Position numbers and translations under genes: made by a program. The notes beneath the pieces were generated by a model that searched no databases, was not told the DNA's origin, and worked only from the letters and a program-made list of their open reading frames with translations. Below are positions 50,550 through 64,000 of a stretch of 64,000 nucleotides of DNA, piece by piece. How positions within the stretch are numbered: the first letter of the stretch is position 1; each line of letters begins with the position of its first letter. The DNA is taken from contig MU058000.1 in assembly GCA_013265495.1 (NCBI GenBank), positions 558,001 to 622,000 of the forward strand. Reading direction: 5' to 3'. This DNA comes from Vicugna vicugna. Taxonomy: Eukaryota.

Positions 50550-50964
50550 ATGGCTAGCTGGTCCCCAAAAGATACGTCCGTGTCCTGGAAACTGTAAATG
50601 TGATCTCATTTGGAAAAAGGGTCTTTGTATACAAAATTAAGTAAAAAATTTCCAAATGAGATTATCCTGGATTACCTAAATGGGCCCTAGATTCAGTAAC
50701 AACTGTCTTTATAAGAGTGAGGCAGAGAGATTAGATACACAGAAATGAGATGGAGATTGGAGTTCCACAGCTGTAAATCAAGAAGTGCCTGGGCCACCAG
50801 AAGCTAATGCGGCACGGAAGGATACCTGCCTAGAGCTCAGATGGAACACTGCCCTGCTGACACTTGATTTCAAACTTCTGACCTCTAGAACTGGGAATGA
50901 ACGTCTGTTATTTTAAGCCACCCAGCTGGCGGTAAGCTGTTCCGGCAGCCCTAGGCAACTAACG
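50550..50964 (+). mobile_element. MLT1C-like ERVL-MaLR solo LTR
   Basis: 'ccccaaaagatacgtcc...ggaaactgtaaatgtgatctcatttggaaaaagggtctttg...gagattatcctggattacc...gccaccagaagct...gccctgctgacac.ttgatttc...ttttaagccacccag...gcagccctagg.aactaa'. Confidence 0.88.
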
Positions 50965-51959
50965 CCCTGGCCCACGCCCAGCTCACTCTGGCCTGCACCT
51001 TCGCTGCCTGTGCTGCCTTCACTTTCTCCTTCACTCATGGCAAAAAATCCTGACAATGGAGGTATTGTTGTTTGTCCTTAACAGACAAAGGGTTAAAATG
51101 CCTCACCCAAAGTTCAGTGAGGAAAGGTGGAGGCAGAATTCAAATTCCCATCCATTTCTTTCCACCATGCCTCTACTTCTGTATTTAATAAAGTGTGTTT
51201 TCAAATCATGAAAGAATAGGGTCTGACCCTGCTGCCCAGAGTACTTCACTTTTTAATATTTCCTCCTCCCTCATATAACACAATTAGTTTCGGTAATAGT
51301 CATGAAATGAAATGAATATATTTTATTTACAGACTAAAATTTGCATTAACCAAGCAAAATGATTGCACTTCATGGTTTGCACTGTTTCACTGTTTTATAT
51401 TTAAGCCCAAATCAAAATTCCAAGTGGTCACATCAAAGGACATCATTAACTAAATTTTGTTTCTTTACTACAATTGTTGTGTTCCAACTGTTTCTTCCCA
51501 AACTACTGTTTCAACACAGAATATATGCTACCACAAGAGTTGGATGCATAAGGTGAGCCTTAAAATGAGTGTGAATAATTCTGAACCTAGGGGAATTACT
51601 CTTTTTTTTTGTGATATTTACTTATTCTCTTATCTTGTTTCAAAACATACTTGAAGGCACATGCATTTAATTAAAATGTTTGATTTTAAGTGTTACACCA
51701 AAGTTCTTAGAGTGTCATCTAGACCATCTATCCTTTTTCCCCACCCCTCACAAGTAGGATTTTTTCTATTAGGTAGAATTTTTACAGTTCGACTACACAT
51801 ATACAATATATTGCATGCAAATACATATATACAATATACTGCACATATTTTTTAAATTTACATGTATGTACCATTCATTGTTTCTAAGAGCGTTTAGAGC
51901 TTTAGCTTTTTAAACTTACATAGTTATCAAAGATATAAGGCAATCACAAAATAAGAATT

Positions 51960-52505
51960 AATTCAAAAAGATACATACACTACGCTAATAACAGCAAAAT
52001 TATTTATAACTACCAAGACACGGAAGCATCCCAAGTGCACATCATTAGATGAATGGATAAAGAAGATGCAGCATATATATGTAATGGAATACAACTCATA
52101 GGGGAATTTATTCTTGAAACAAACCAGTGTGGCTGTGCCCAAAGTGACTGTAAAACTGGGAGTTGTCCAAATCTTCCACACTGATTACAATGTTTATTAA
52201 AATACATGTATATGTTTTTAAATTGTAGGAAAAACACATAATGTAAAATTTATCACCTTAATCATTTTTAAGCATATAGTTGAGTAGTGTTAAGTATATT
52301 TACACTGTTGTGCAACCAATCTCCAGAACATTTTTATCTTGCAAAAATTAAACCCTCTACCCATTAAACAACTCCTCATTTTCCCCTCCCCCCAGCCTCT
52401 GGCAAACACTATTCTTTCTGTTCTATGAATCGGACTACTTTAGATACCTCCTGTCAGTGAAATCATACAGTATTTGTATTTTTGTGATTGTCTTTTTTCA
52501 CTTAC
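51960..52505. mobile_element. L1 fragments (+ strand about 51960-52100; - strand about 52210-52505)
   Basis: 'ggaagcatcccaagtgcacatcattagatgaatggataaagaagatg' and 'aaaatttatcaccttaatcatttttaagc...gttgtgcaaccaatctccagaac'. Confidence 0.8.
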
Positions 52506-52769
52506 GTGACTTAAGACACAGAAAACACTTTTAAAAAAAGATATTTTAAGCAAATAAAGCTAACAAATATATTATTATTAAAACTCAACACTAACTGCAG
52601 TATTTAGGCCAATTAGACCTTAAACCAAAGAAATTCTTTCTTGTAGGGAGTGTTTTCTCACTGACATCGTTCAGGATTGCTGGTTCACGTTAATAGTAAA
52701 AGCACACCAAATTTAATCAGCTTTATTATCGTATGCAAATTTTCTGCCAACTGTTTACCCACTTTTTGC

Positions 52770-52810
52770 CTGCTCCCTGGACAGACTGCTCCCCGGACAG
52801 ACTGCTCCCC
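52770..52810. repeat. Short tandem repeat, about 2.5 copies of a 16-bp unit (ggacagactgctcccc)
   Basis: Directly visible. Confidence 0.85.
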
Positions 52811-54732
52811 ACCTTGGGGATGCCACTGCTGCAAAATATGCCAAGGAGGGCTGCATGAGACAGCTTTCCCTGGAGGCGGTACAGGCTGAGCAACAAGCAA
52901 TACCATGCTCACAGACTTAAATTAAAAACTGAAAGTGGGGCTTTTCAGTGACCACAGGGCATCAGCCTCTGAGGTTCTGTATTCCTGCTGCACCCTGCTA
53001 GGAAACCCTCAAAAGCCACAGAGGCCACTTTGATTGCATTAGGGAGCTCTGTTGGGACTAAGCGTCTAGAAGTGGTGTGAGCTCAGTACAGAAACCCTCC
53101 CACAGGCAAACAAAAATATTGACTTTTTTTTTTCCTGAAAACACTCTTTTCCTTTAACTCATTTAACCTGACTTTATTAGTGGAGGGGAAAAGCCATCCC
53201 TAACCACTTTGTTGTTCCCCAAGTGAGCACAGAATCACTTTCCACGGTACCTTTGCCATCATGGCCTGGGTGGTGTATTTATTTGCCTTCTGTCTTTTCA
53301 GCGTGGTAAGTGCAGCGAAGAGTCCAAGAGTGTTCCCAGAATGCCTCCTCCGAACAAACACAGGAGACCAGCCTGCTGCTAGGGCCACAGTCTCCTGTCA
53401 ACAGGGTAGTTCAGCTAAGATGAAAACCATTTGTTCCTGCAAACTGAGGAGATGAAGAGACCTATCTCATCTTAACTACAACCTTGACCTCACACTGCCT
53501 AAGCTGCACTATCATTTCACTATGTGATCTTAGGCAAATGACTCGACTTCTATAAAGTGCAGTCAACCATCTGTAAAAGCTGCCCTCAGGGCTACTGTGA
53601 GAATTAAAAGAGCAGGGAAAGCTTTTGGCACTCAAGAAAGAGTCACTCCTAGTCTCTTTCCCTTCATCAAAACTTGGATTCCCAAAGTTTGCTTTCCGCC
53701 CCTGTAAGAGCTGTGTCTATAAGATCCTTCAGTGACTTTCTCCTTCCATCTCTGATGCCCTTCTTATCTGAGAACAACTCCCCACACAAGGTAACTTGAC
53801 TGGGGAAGACAGAATTCCAAAGGGAGGCTCCAGAATGCATAGAATCTATCAAAAAAGGGGTTTTAAGAACATGAAAATAACATCAAGTAGACATCACACA
53901 ACCCACTCCTTATAATGTAAAGCATATAAACTAAGTGCCATTTCGGGGGCATGGGATATGGGGTCCTGACACATGTTCACACCAGGAAAAGAGGGAGTTT
54001 CGGAGCGAGGGCCCAATGCAGGCAGACTTGTTCTAGAACAGGCCTACGGAGATGTCGATGCCTATGGAACTTCCATGCTCCTTCGTCTCCTACACAGAAG
54101 CCTCCGGTGGCCTCAACCAGGCAAGCCCCAGCCTCCAGACAGCAGCTCTCCTGGGGCTGAGGCACCTTGACCTGACTCTACCGACCCTCCCGACCAGTCA
54201 CTCCACAAGAATGTATCAGGTTGGATTTAGGGTCAAGCTATCATGGTATACATAGTAAATAATAAATGAATGACAAAAGAATAAATAAAGGACTAAAATA
54301 TAAACTGAAACTCTTTTATACTCAAGGATAATTAGTCATCCAACCACAATTGTAACTGATACTGACAAAAGGTAATTATATTAATAATAATAATGTGAAT
54401 ACACTGCTGTTTTGTGTATCCAGTGAAGACTATAGAATATTGAATGCCTAATGGGAAGAAGGAGTTAATATAAAAGTAGAAGGCTCCCTGCAAGGGAAGG
54501 AAAGTGATTCTTAAGACATGCTTCATTGTTTCCACAGTTTTGCTGAATCAAACCTATTCACCCCAGCTTTCCAACAGATAAATGTGGAAGTGTTTAAATG
54601 CTGGATGGATGTATAACTGAGCACGAACTTTGCTGCTGAGCCATACGACAGGCACTGCTTTCCGTGATTAATAAAGTTTTCAAGCCAGCTCAATGTTCAA
54701 AATGTCTCATTCCCAGAAGAACTGAGCTACAC

Positions 54733-55040
54733 TATCAGGGTTCTTGATTGTGAACAGTAAAAACAGACTCCGGTTAATTTAAGCAGAAAAAGAACCAATT
54801 GGAAGAACAGAGTCATTGGCAAAATCAAAGGGAAGCCTGAAAAACTAGGCTTAGAGAGCAATCAAGCAGAGGGAGACAAAGCCACAACTCTGTCCCAGTA
54901 AGTCTGCTTAGGAGACTGCCATAGGCACCCTCGGCTGAGATAGCCACTGTCACACCACTGGACCTAAACACCTATATAAATAGGTAGGACCACTGACTGA
55001 GCCTGAAACTTTATTTCATGCCCTCAAGATTCAAAGTCCT
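54733..55040 (-). mobile_element. Old MLT1 LTR fragment
   Basis: 'tcagggttcttgattgtgaacagtaaaaacagactccggttaatttaagcagaaaaag' is the typical reverse end of old MLT1 LTRs. Confidence 0.55.
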
Positions 55041-55041
55041 C

Positions 55042-56440
55042 TGATTTTAAAACTTACTACAAAGTAATTAAAACAGTGTGGCATGGCATAAAGTCAAACA
55101 TATAGACCAAAGGAATAGAGAGCCCAGAATGAAACCCTCACCTGTGTGGTCAAATTATGTTTGACCAGGGTGCCAAGAACATTTGATGGAGAAAGGACAG
55201 TCTTTTCAACAAACAGGGCTGAGGAAATTTAATATCCACAGGCAGAAGAATGAAATTGGACCCTTACCTAACACCACAGGCAAAAATTATCTCAAAATTA
55301 ATTAAATACCTAAACAAAAGGCCTAAAATTATAAAAATTTTAGAAGAAAACAGGGAAAAAAGCTTCACAGCAGTGGATTTGGTAATAATTTATTGGACAT
55401 GACACCAAAGGCACAGGTAACACAAGAAAAAACATACAAATTGGACCTCCTGAAAAACTACATTTTAAATTCTGTGCATCAATGACAATATCAACAGAGT
55501 GAAAAGGCAATCCACAGAACAGGAGAAAATATTTGCAAATCATGTATCTGATAAGAGACTAGTATCTAGAATAGAGAACTCCCACAACTCAACAACAAAA
55601 AACCACCCACCCATCTCAAAAATGGGCACAGGACCCAAACAGACGTTTCTCCAAAGAAGATATACAGACGGCCACTGAGCACATGAAAAGATGCATAACA
55701 TCACGAAACCAACAGGGAAATGCAAATCAAAACTATGAGATACCACCTCACACCCACTTGGATAGCTACTATAAAAATTTTTTTTTAAGAAACAAGTGTT
55801 GGCGAGGATGTGGAGAAATTAGAACTCTTGTGCACTGCTGGTAGGAATATAAAATGGTATGGCTGCTGTGGAATAAAGTATGGTAGTTCCTCAAAAGATT
55901 AAACATAGAATTATCATATGATGCAACAATTCCACTTCTGGTTATGCACCCAAAAGAATTGCAAGTATGGTCTTCAAGAGATATTTGTATACCCATGTTC
56001 AAAGGAGCATTATTCACAATAACAAAAATGTGGAAGCAACCCAAGAATCCATCAACTGATGCCTGGATAAGCAAAATTTGGTACATATACATATTCTGAC
56101 ACATCCTACAACATGGATGAAACTTGAGGACAGGAAGCTAAGTGAAATAAGCCAGCAATAAAAAGACAAATACTGCATGATTCCATTTATATGAGGTACT
56201 TAGAGCAGTCAAATTCACAGAGACAGAAAGTAGCACTGTGATTGCCAGGGGCTGGGGACAGAGATTTGTTATTTAATGGCTACACAGTGTCAGTTTTACA
56301 AGATGAAAAGAGTTACGGAGATGCACGGTGGTGATGGTTGCATATTATAAATGTATTCAACACAACTGAACTGTACACTTAAAAATGGTTAAGATGGTAA
56401 ATTTTACATTACATGTATTTTACCACAATAAAAAAAAAAA
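55042..56440 (+). mobile_element. L1MB-like ORF2 3' part and 3'UTR
   Basis: 'aaaacttactacaaag...aaaacagtgtgg..tggcataaag', 'ggaaatgcaaatcaaaactatgagataccacctcacaccc', 'gtacacttaaaaatggttaagatggtaaatttta...tttaccacaataaaaaa'. Confidence 0.93.
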
Positions 56441-58704
56441 CAACTGGGGGGAAAAAAAGCCATGAGTGTAAGCATTAGACTGGCTACTTTTGAGATTTTG
56501 GCCCCTGTTTCTGGGTGCGGAGGCAGGAGAGGAATCGCCTGCCCCATCCTACTTCTGTAAAAAGAGGTAGTGCCCTGCCCTCCACCCTGCTCGGCATGAA
56601 GCCCAACAGGCATGGTATTCTGAGAAGCCTAAACAACAAATGTTCTTCCTTCATCCTGCAGAAATTAAACAGCCCTAGAAAGCCTTTATTCTCAGTATCT
56701 CTTGAAACAAACCTGGGTGAATTCTTGGTTTTCCTGGACCTAACTGCTCTGCCCAACATTGCCATGCTAAATCTATAGCATCCATAGTGTGAAAGATCTG
56801 TCAACTCTGCAAAAAAGTCAGTGGGCTCTTTCTAAAATGAAGACAGACCCTTGACTTTCTTCATATTAACCAGCACAACATTTTTACTTACTCACTCATT
56901 TATTTAACAAGTATGTCCTTCTATATGTCTGGCACAGAATTCAGTCCTGGAAATATGGTTGACATATTCACAGCCCTAATGGAATTTATAGTCCAGTGAC
57001 CCAATCTTCTCCTCTAAGAAACTCTATAGAATATTCTCTTGAGACTTTAATAATAATGGCCCAAATTCTGATCAATCTGATGCCCTCCCAATGACTATTC
57101 CTAAAAACCAAAAATAACCCAGATGACCTTTCAAGTTTCTCTTGTAAAGTTTCTGGATTTTGAGCTTTTTCCCATTTTAGAGCTCTCATGAAAAGAAGAT
57201 TATTAAGGAAGGGAAGTAATACCTTTAAACTGAGCTCCCTTATTGAAACAACAAAGCCGCCTGTTTCTGTACCCTGTATACTGTTTCTCTAATTACAGCT
57301 TGGAGTACTTCACACAAGGAGGTACAGGACTAAGCAAACACAGATACCCTGGTAGACCCCAGGTGTCCCTCCCCAACTCACAGTCTGCCTTGTTGCAGAA
57401 TACAATTGAATTTTACTTTGAAAAGGCAACAAGGCTCTCAACAGCTTCTCACTGATAAACCCCAGAGAAAACACAAAAGTCTAAGAGGGATGAATATTTG
57501 ACTTTAAATTGGAAGAGATTTTTATAAATCATTTTGCATCTGTTCTTAAAACCAACAGGAGAGGTTGACAGGCTGTCACATGCGACCACAGAATCAGTGC
57601 CCAAAACACATACAGTTAGCATAAATATGTAAAGTAGGCTGGGTATAGGAAGAGGAGAAATGCTATCCTTCTGCTGCAACTAATATTAAAAAACCACCAT
57701 TGGAACCATTAGAACAAGATCAATAAAACACGGCCCTGGGGCATCACATCTCTAGGGCTGCATGCCTCAGAAAGGGAATGGGAATCTACGCAGCTATCAG
57801 AACTTCTGGCTGCACCTTTTATTAGTTGCATAACATTGGTCAATTTGCATCACTTCTTTGGGTTTTAAAGGCCTCAACTATAGAATATAAAGACCGAACC
57901 AGAAGAAACTTAAGGCCATTTCTGATAACATATAATTTCAGAGTTTAGTATATGCTCTACACTTTACATACACTATACCTGACAACAAGGAAGCAAGATA
58001 ACCATTATAATAATGATTTTACTATAGATTTCACAGACGAGAGATCCAAGGCTCAGAGAGAGTGGGTACACCTGGCACTCAATCCCAGATCAGTCTGCTT
58101 CCAAACCCCGAGCTGTTTCACCCTATAGTATTTTCCACTGTGTGTCTAGGGAGCCATGCTTAATTGGCTGCAGGGAAGCAAGAGAGTAAAAACTTACAAC
58201 CTAGCCTAATCCAACCACCAAATCAGCAGGAAAAATGCAGAAAATTGTATTCAACTAAAAAAGGCAGAGAGGTGAGAAGAAATAAAGGCAAAGAACAGTA
58301 AACAAAAAATATGAAGTCAGTACTTATGATAACGGTACATGGAATAAATTACCTACTAAAAGGCTTACGGACCCTGTTTCTTTCCATCTTCTGTTCTGCC
58401 TCTCTGTGTCATCTTTGTATTGAGCCTGGTGTGCCTCAAGGTCATAGGATGGCTCCTAATGCAATTGGAGCTGCGTGCCTCCTCATTCAAATCTGATGAG
58501 AGACAGAGAGAGATTTTGTCTGAGCATTTCAAACAATAGTCCCAAACCCCTGAATCAATGACCATGGCTAGGAAAGAACGACTCAAGCTAACCAGGGCCC
58601 AATCTTTGACTTATAAAATACTGTCTTTGATTTATGAGATACCAGCTTCTCCCCTTTCTTCGTACTTCACTGACCTTGCTTCTTCATTCTTTCTTACTGA
58701 CTCC

Positions 58705-58861
58705 CAGGGTCAACTTCAAGAGTGTGTGACAAATGCAGTCACACAGGCCCCACCTGGTTTAATGTTCTACTGTCATTATCTGGAAATTCTTAAAAAGTTT
58801 TGAACAAGGGGCCCCACATTTTCATTTTGTAGTGGTTATGCAAATTATGTAGCCAATCCTG
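58705..58861. mobile_element. MER91-like hAT-Tip100 element
   Basis: 'cagggtcaacttca...tgcagtcacacaggccc...ggtttaatgttct...gaaattcttaa..ttttgaacaaggggccccacattttcattttg...gcaaattatgtagcc..tcctg'. Confidence 0.75.
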
Positions 58862-60711
58862 TTAACAAATCCTCTTCCCAATCTCTGTTTTAGAAGCACC
58901 TTTAGGATTGGTCCTGGACCCTCTTCCTTTCTTCATTAGCTCTTTATGTTCTTGCCTAGGTGAATCATTTCTATGGCTTTAAATATCATACATGTATATG
59001 AAATAATCCCAAAGATATTATTTAGCCCAGACCTCCCCACTGAGCTCCATCTGCTTATATCCATCTTGCCATCTTGATACCTGAAACTGGAAGTCTAATG
59101 GAAACCACAAACTTAATATATCAAACATAGACCGTTTTATTTCCTCCCCCGAATATCCATCCTCTCCTGTACTCACTATACTCAAACCTCTTGGATAAAC
59201 CTTTTACTTGTACACTTGCACACACTATCTCCCTGTCCTGACTTGAAGCATTTGTGCCTCTTATTCCCTCTGTCCATCAGAAAGTTTGTACCAGTTTACA
59301 CTCCCCCAAGCAATCTGTCATAAGGCCCATTTGTCCACATACTGACCATGACAGGGTATTTTTTCTAGCCATTTGATAGGTAAAAGAATGGTTTCTTATT
59401 AATGTCTTATTTTCATTCCTTCAATTATTAAAAAGGTCAATTAACATTTGCCTTTCTTCTTTAATGAACTATCCTTGTTCACTGTGTCCATCTTCCTAAG
59501 AGGAGTAGCTTATTAATTTCTAAGAGTCCATTATATATTAAAAATATAAATTGTCTCAATAAGTGTTACAACAAACCTGGACAAGGAAGGACAAATCATT
59601 CAGAGTTTTCAGTGTAAGGTAAAGCATGGTAGAAGTAATAGGAATGTTCTTGACCGTGGGAAAATAAAGATCTAAAGGAAGAATGTTGAAGGTTAAGGAA
59701 AAACCTAGGTGTAAAGGCCCTGCTTAGGAACTTAACTTTACATGTTTGACAGGTGGGTCCCTATGTGGTTGCCACTTGTGCATCAAGACTGTGAATAAAT
59801 TCTACATGGACATGCGTTAAGAAATGGGTTTTAGTGGGAAAAATCTACGAAGTCATGGTTAGCAAGAGAACAGGCAGGGGCCCCCACATAGTTCCAGAGA
59901 GGCAGGCCATGGATGGGGACTCCGGGGGACCCAGTTGAGATCCAACTGAAGGAGTCTGTCCCATTGTGTCTCTCCCGTCATACAAAAAGGTTAAGTGTAA
60001 CAAAGCAGCTCTGTCAGGCTGGTGGATGCCAGTCTGGCTTGGGGGCAACTTAGACTAGGTACCAGTGAAAATAGCAGTCGCCAATGTATATATTAAGACA
60101 CTTAAAATGTGCCGATAGATTGGCTACAACGAGGGAATGCAGAGAACTAAGGATGACTCCTGGGTTTTGTTTTGAGCACCTGGTAGGCAGTGGAACTCTT
60201 CGCTAAGATTGGGGAAGAGTAGGGAAAAAACAAGTTTAAATGACATAAAGCTTCAAGCCTCGGTGAGTGGAAGAACAGTCACTGCCACATGAGGTTTGGA
60301 AGTGGGGAAGTAGAAACGTGCCTGAATTCCGTATCTGCCACGTTGTGTTTGAGAAAGTAAGCTATTTCAGAAGTGCTCCTTAGGTAACAGTTATTTCAAC
60401 TCAACAACCTTCAGAAAGGTGAAGTTTGAAGGTAAGTTAAGATTCTGAACATCCTTGATTTAAGAACACAAAATTCATTTCCAAAGATCACAAGTACAAT
60501 TATACTTCTAGAATTGTCTATTTTAACAAACTCAGTGCTCTCTATAACTGCTAATATTAAGTCCTCTGATTCCTCACTTCTGCAGAGGGATCATCAGACT
60601 GTGAACCTGTTTCTATTGAGATAGGAAGATAAGGAAAACTCACATAAGCAACCTAGCCAATCTAAGATCTTTTCTGTGACCATTATTCCTTATTAAAATA
60701 TGAGCATATAT

Positions 60712-60880
60712 TCATTTATTGAGCAGTTACCGTGTGCCAAGGACTGTGCTAAATGCAACATATGCATTATCTCATAATCTCACCTTTACAACCCTATGAG
60801 GTAGCCAGGGTATTGGTATTAGCCAGGGTAACATCCAGTCCACACTGGTATTAGAATCCAGACAATCCAACCTCTCTGCT
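60712..60880 (-). mobile_element. MIR SINE fragment
   Basis: 'catttattgagcagttaccgtgtgccaagg.ctgtgctaaatgc...cattatctcataatc...acaaccctatgaggtag'. Confidence 0.7.
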
Positions 60881-62284
60881 TTTTAAAGGTGGCAGCCGTT
60901 TCATCCATCTCTGGGTCCTCCAATAGTACTGATCACAGTTCCTGGCCTATGGGAGATGGCTTTAGAAAGAGTTGAATGAGTGAGTTAATTTCTGTACTCA
61001 ATTTCCTCTCAAACTAAGAAAAACTATAATTCAGAACAGAAATAAAAGTAAATAACTGCTTTTACCTGCCTCTTCATCTTTGGCTGGAGAGTAGAATTGA
61101 TACAAAGGCCATCTGCCTCCAGAAATAGGACTGTCAACAATCACCAGGAGAGGGATTCAGGTAGACTCAGAATGAGGAACCCACAGCTTCAATGTTTTTC
61201 TCCAGTCCATTGATATTTGAGAAAATCATATAATTTTTAAACTGTTGTAATTCTATTAGTTTCCACTTTGGAAAAACTCAGCCTATTTTAGACATATGGT
61301 TCAAGAAATGTTTACTTTAGGGGAAAAAAAGCTTAAAACCTTCTTGCATGTTTCATCATCCTTTTCCATGCCCCCTATTCACTTTCCTTCTCTTAGGTTC
61401 TTGCTGTTACTACCAGATACACTGCCTCACTAAGTCTCTCAGCCTTAGTAAACAAATCTTTCACAGCCTCTCCTTAAATCAGATTATATTCTTTTGCTAT
61501 GTTCAACCATTTAAAAATTTTTTTCAGCTCCATCAACCGTTTTAAATTATGCAAATTATAAAATTAACAACTATGACTTCTGAGTGCTTACTATGTACCA
61601 AGCATCATTCTAAGAACTTTACATGTATTACCTCACTTAATCCTCAAAACCGTACTGTTGTCATTTTACAGATGGAGAAATTAAAGCCAAAAAGATCATC
61701 AATGTAGGAGCTCGAGTTAAACTGCAAAAATACAAGATTTGCTGGTAAAGAGTAAAATCTTTATTTTGATTGTTTTAATGGTTAAAATTTGCATGTTTCC
61801 TAGACAGCCTCAAATAGGATAAAAATAATTACAAAAAAGGCAAGCTTTCTGATAATTCAAATTAACTATAAAATTAAAATATCTAATTATTCTTTTATAA
61901 TAACATAAAATATGTAATACAAACTTCAATAAGCTGATTCTATTATGCAATTATTTACAAACTCTAAGAGCAAAAGATTTAGCTAAACAGAAATTAAAAA
62001 AACAAGTATGTTCTCAAATAATTTGTAAGTAATCTATTCTTTGGAGTAGAAATACTCATTTAATACAGTATGTTAATTATACTGATTTTTAGTTACACCT
62101 TCTTGGTGTGAATTCAGTACAATTTAAATTTCTGTGTGCCTGGAAAATACAACCACCATTTTAAAAAACTATTAAGAATTTGTAACAGTTTAATATTCAT
62201 ATGGATATCTCACCCTCCTTAGGTGTAGAATTTAATGGTATTTTTTTTTGATAAATGTAACTTATTACAATGTAAAGTATTTTC

Positions 62285-64000
62285 CTTTCCAAACTATAGT
62301 TTTATTTTGTTATATATATGACAATGTTATACACCAGTAAACAAAGCAAGCAACATTACTTTTTTTAAATAACATCTTTAATTAAAGTTTTTGCAAAGGT
62401 AAAATATTAAACTTAAAATAGGTCTTAGTACATCAAAATACTAAGTTCTCTAATTGTATTCCAAGATGGTCTTTAAAACATAATATCTCATATATCACAG
62501 AAGAGCAACCTTGATCTGCAATTGTACAGAATGAATTTTACAAACATAATAAATATATTTACGCCCTTACACATAACAGTATGTACAACAGCAGTTGACA
62601 ATAGTAGCTCAGAACAGCAAAAAGGATTAGCCCCTCCCCCCAAATTGTAGCCCTGACGCATACTGGATTGGTTTAAGGAAACTTGACTGAAATAGTAGTT
62701 ACTAACTCATAGGTAGTTTCTTCCCTTAAAAGAGAAGAAAAAAATTTTTTCTTGTTCCTCAAAATAAACAAAAATATGAAGTCTGGCGTATTCTTCCTTA
62801 AACCATAAAAAATGACAAAAGATAGACTAAGGCAGGCTTAAAAAGGGAATATAAACCTCAGAATAATTTCCATAGCATAATAGATTAAAATGCAAAACTA
62901 TTTAACATAAACCCCATGAGGAAATATATGAAGCAACTTTTTAAACCACTGAATTCAAAATCTGAAATAGCTGATTCAGACAGATAGGTGGGAGATAGAC
63001 ATATGAATTAAAATGAAAATGTACAAAGATGGATCAATTAAAATATTACATTGCACAAAAGCTCAAAAAAGTTCAAGATGAAATAATCTGAAAATATAGG
63101 AATTTTCTCAACTGGAAGAAAAAGCTAATTTATAAAGGGAACTCCCAAGAGGAAATTATGTCTGTTTTCCTGTACAAGGTGTATCTACCTTCTGAAAAAA
63201 ATGGTGATATTATTGCTATAAGATAATCAAAAATTACTCTTAGAAGGAGACAACCCTTTTCATTTCTCCATAAAAGCCAGAAAAAATAAGAAAACCAAAT
63301 CCTTGATTTTCACTATAGTAAAAGAAAATCTTTATACAAAAGCTATTATATTTTTATGTTCTTGCTGTCTAAAACCAGAATCTTGTTAGAATACGCTTTT
63401 CAAGAACACATTTTAGTCACTATATATACCGTTCAAATCCTGATGTATTCCAAGAAGAATAACATCAAGTTGGCTTTGATTTTGAGACGCAACAATATAT
63501 ATGTGATATTATGATGGCATTTAATTAACACAAAGAAATGTGAACATTTAAAAAAATATAAAAGCTCAATATATAAAGATCCCCCTCATATAACAGACAT
63601 TTTACTCTAAAAACTAATTGCACATTAAAGAGTTGTTTTAGCCAAATGTGGCGCTCCAGAGAAATAAATGTGCTCTCAGGCATTCAAATGGTCTGATTAT
63701 CCAAATGACCACCAAAAAAACTACATACACTGAAAGGCACAAATTTCCACACTTTATCTAGTACTTTTGTGTAAATTTTCCTTAGCATTGCTGATTGTTA
63801 ATTTTTTTTTTAAATAAAAGGTGCCATCATCATCTGTGCAAATCTAAACAAATCCTCTTCGTTTCTGAAACCTTAACTTACTTCATAATACCAAGTCTGA
63901 ACTATTTTCCCGCTTTGTATAAACATGTTATCTTCATTTTAAAATTCTGAAAGTGGAAATCCTTGCCTTTTCAAAGGAATGACATTTTTATGGAAACTAA
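62285..64000 (-). other. GTF2A1: Probable distal 3'UTR of the convergent neighbouring gene, likely GTF2A1
   Basis: TTTATT (AATAAA on the - strand) at 62301-62306, followed by more than 1.7 kb of repeat-free AT-rich sequence with UTR-like motifs (e.g. TACA, TGTA on -). Identity rests on recalled human synteny: GTF2A1 lies tail-to-tail with TSHR, roughly 30 kb away. Confidence 0.55.

Overview
Mammalian genomic DNA, probably a camelid: it carries four copies of a camelid-type tRNA-derived SINE and artiodactyl-type L1 3' ends. The + strand holds the 3' part of TSHR (thyrotropin receptor): exon 8 (9397-9474), exon 9 (26668-26856) and exon 10 (CDS 28835-30248), with a ~2 kb 3'UTR. About 30 kb of repeat-rich intergenic DNA follows. 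An AT-rich, repeat-poor end probably represents the 3'UTR of the convergent neighbour GTF2A1, inferred from recalled human synteny; no GTF2A1 coding sequence is visible. I found no new multi-gene system. The best second-look items are: (1) an intact in-frame copy of the alternative terminal exon of the truncated TSHR isoform in intron 8; (2) an extra tyrosine next to the hinge sulfotyrosine; (3) two local templated-insertion scars; (4) a tailless 26-nt U6 retrocopy with target-site duplications (TSDs); (5) an L1 tail adding a poly(A) signal inside the TSHR 3'UTR. Comparisons to human proteins and repeat consensi are from memory, not from searches. Repeat boundaries without TSDs are approximate.
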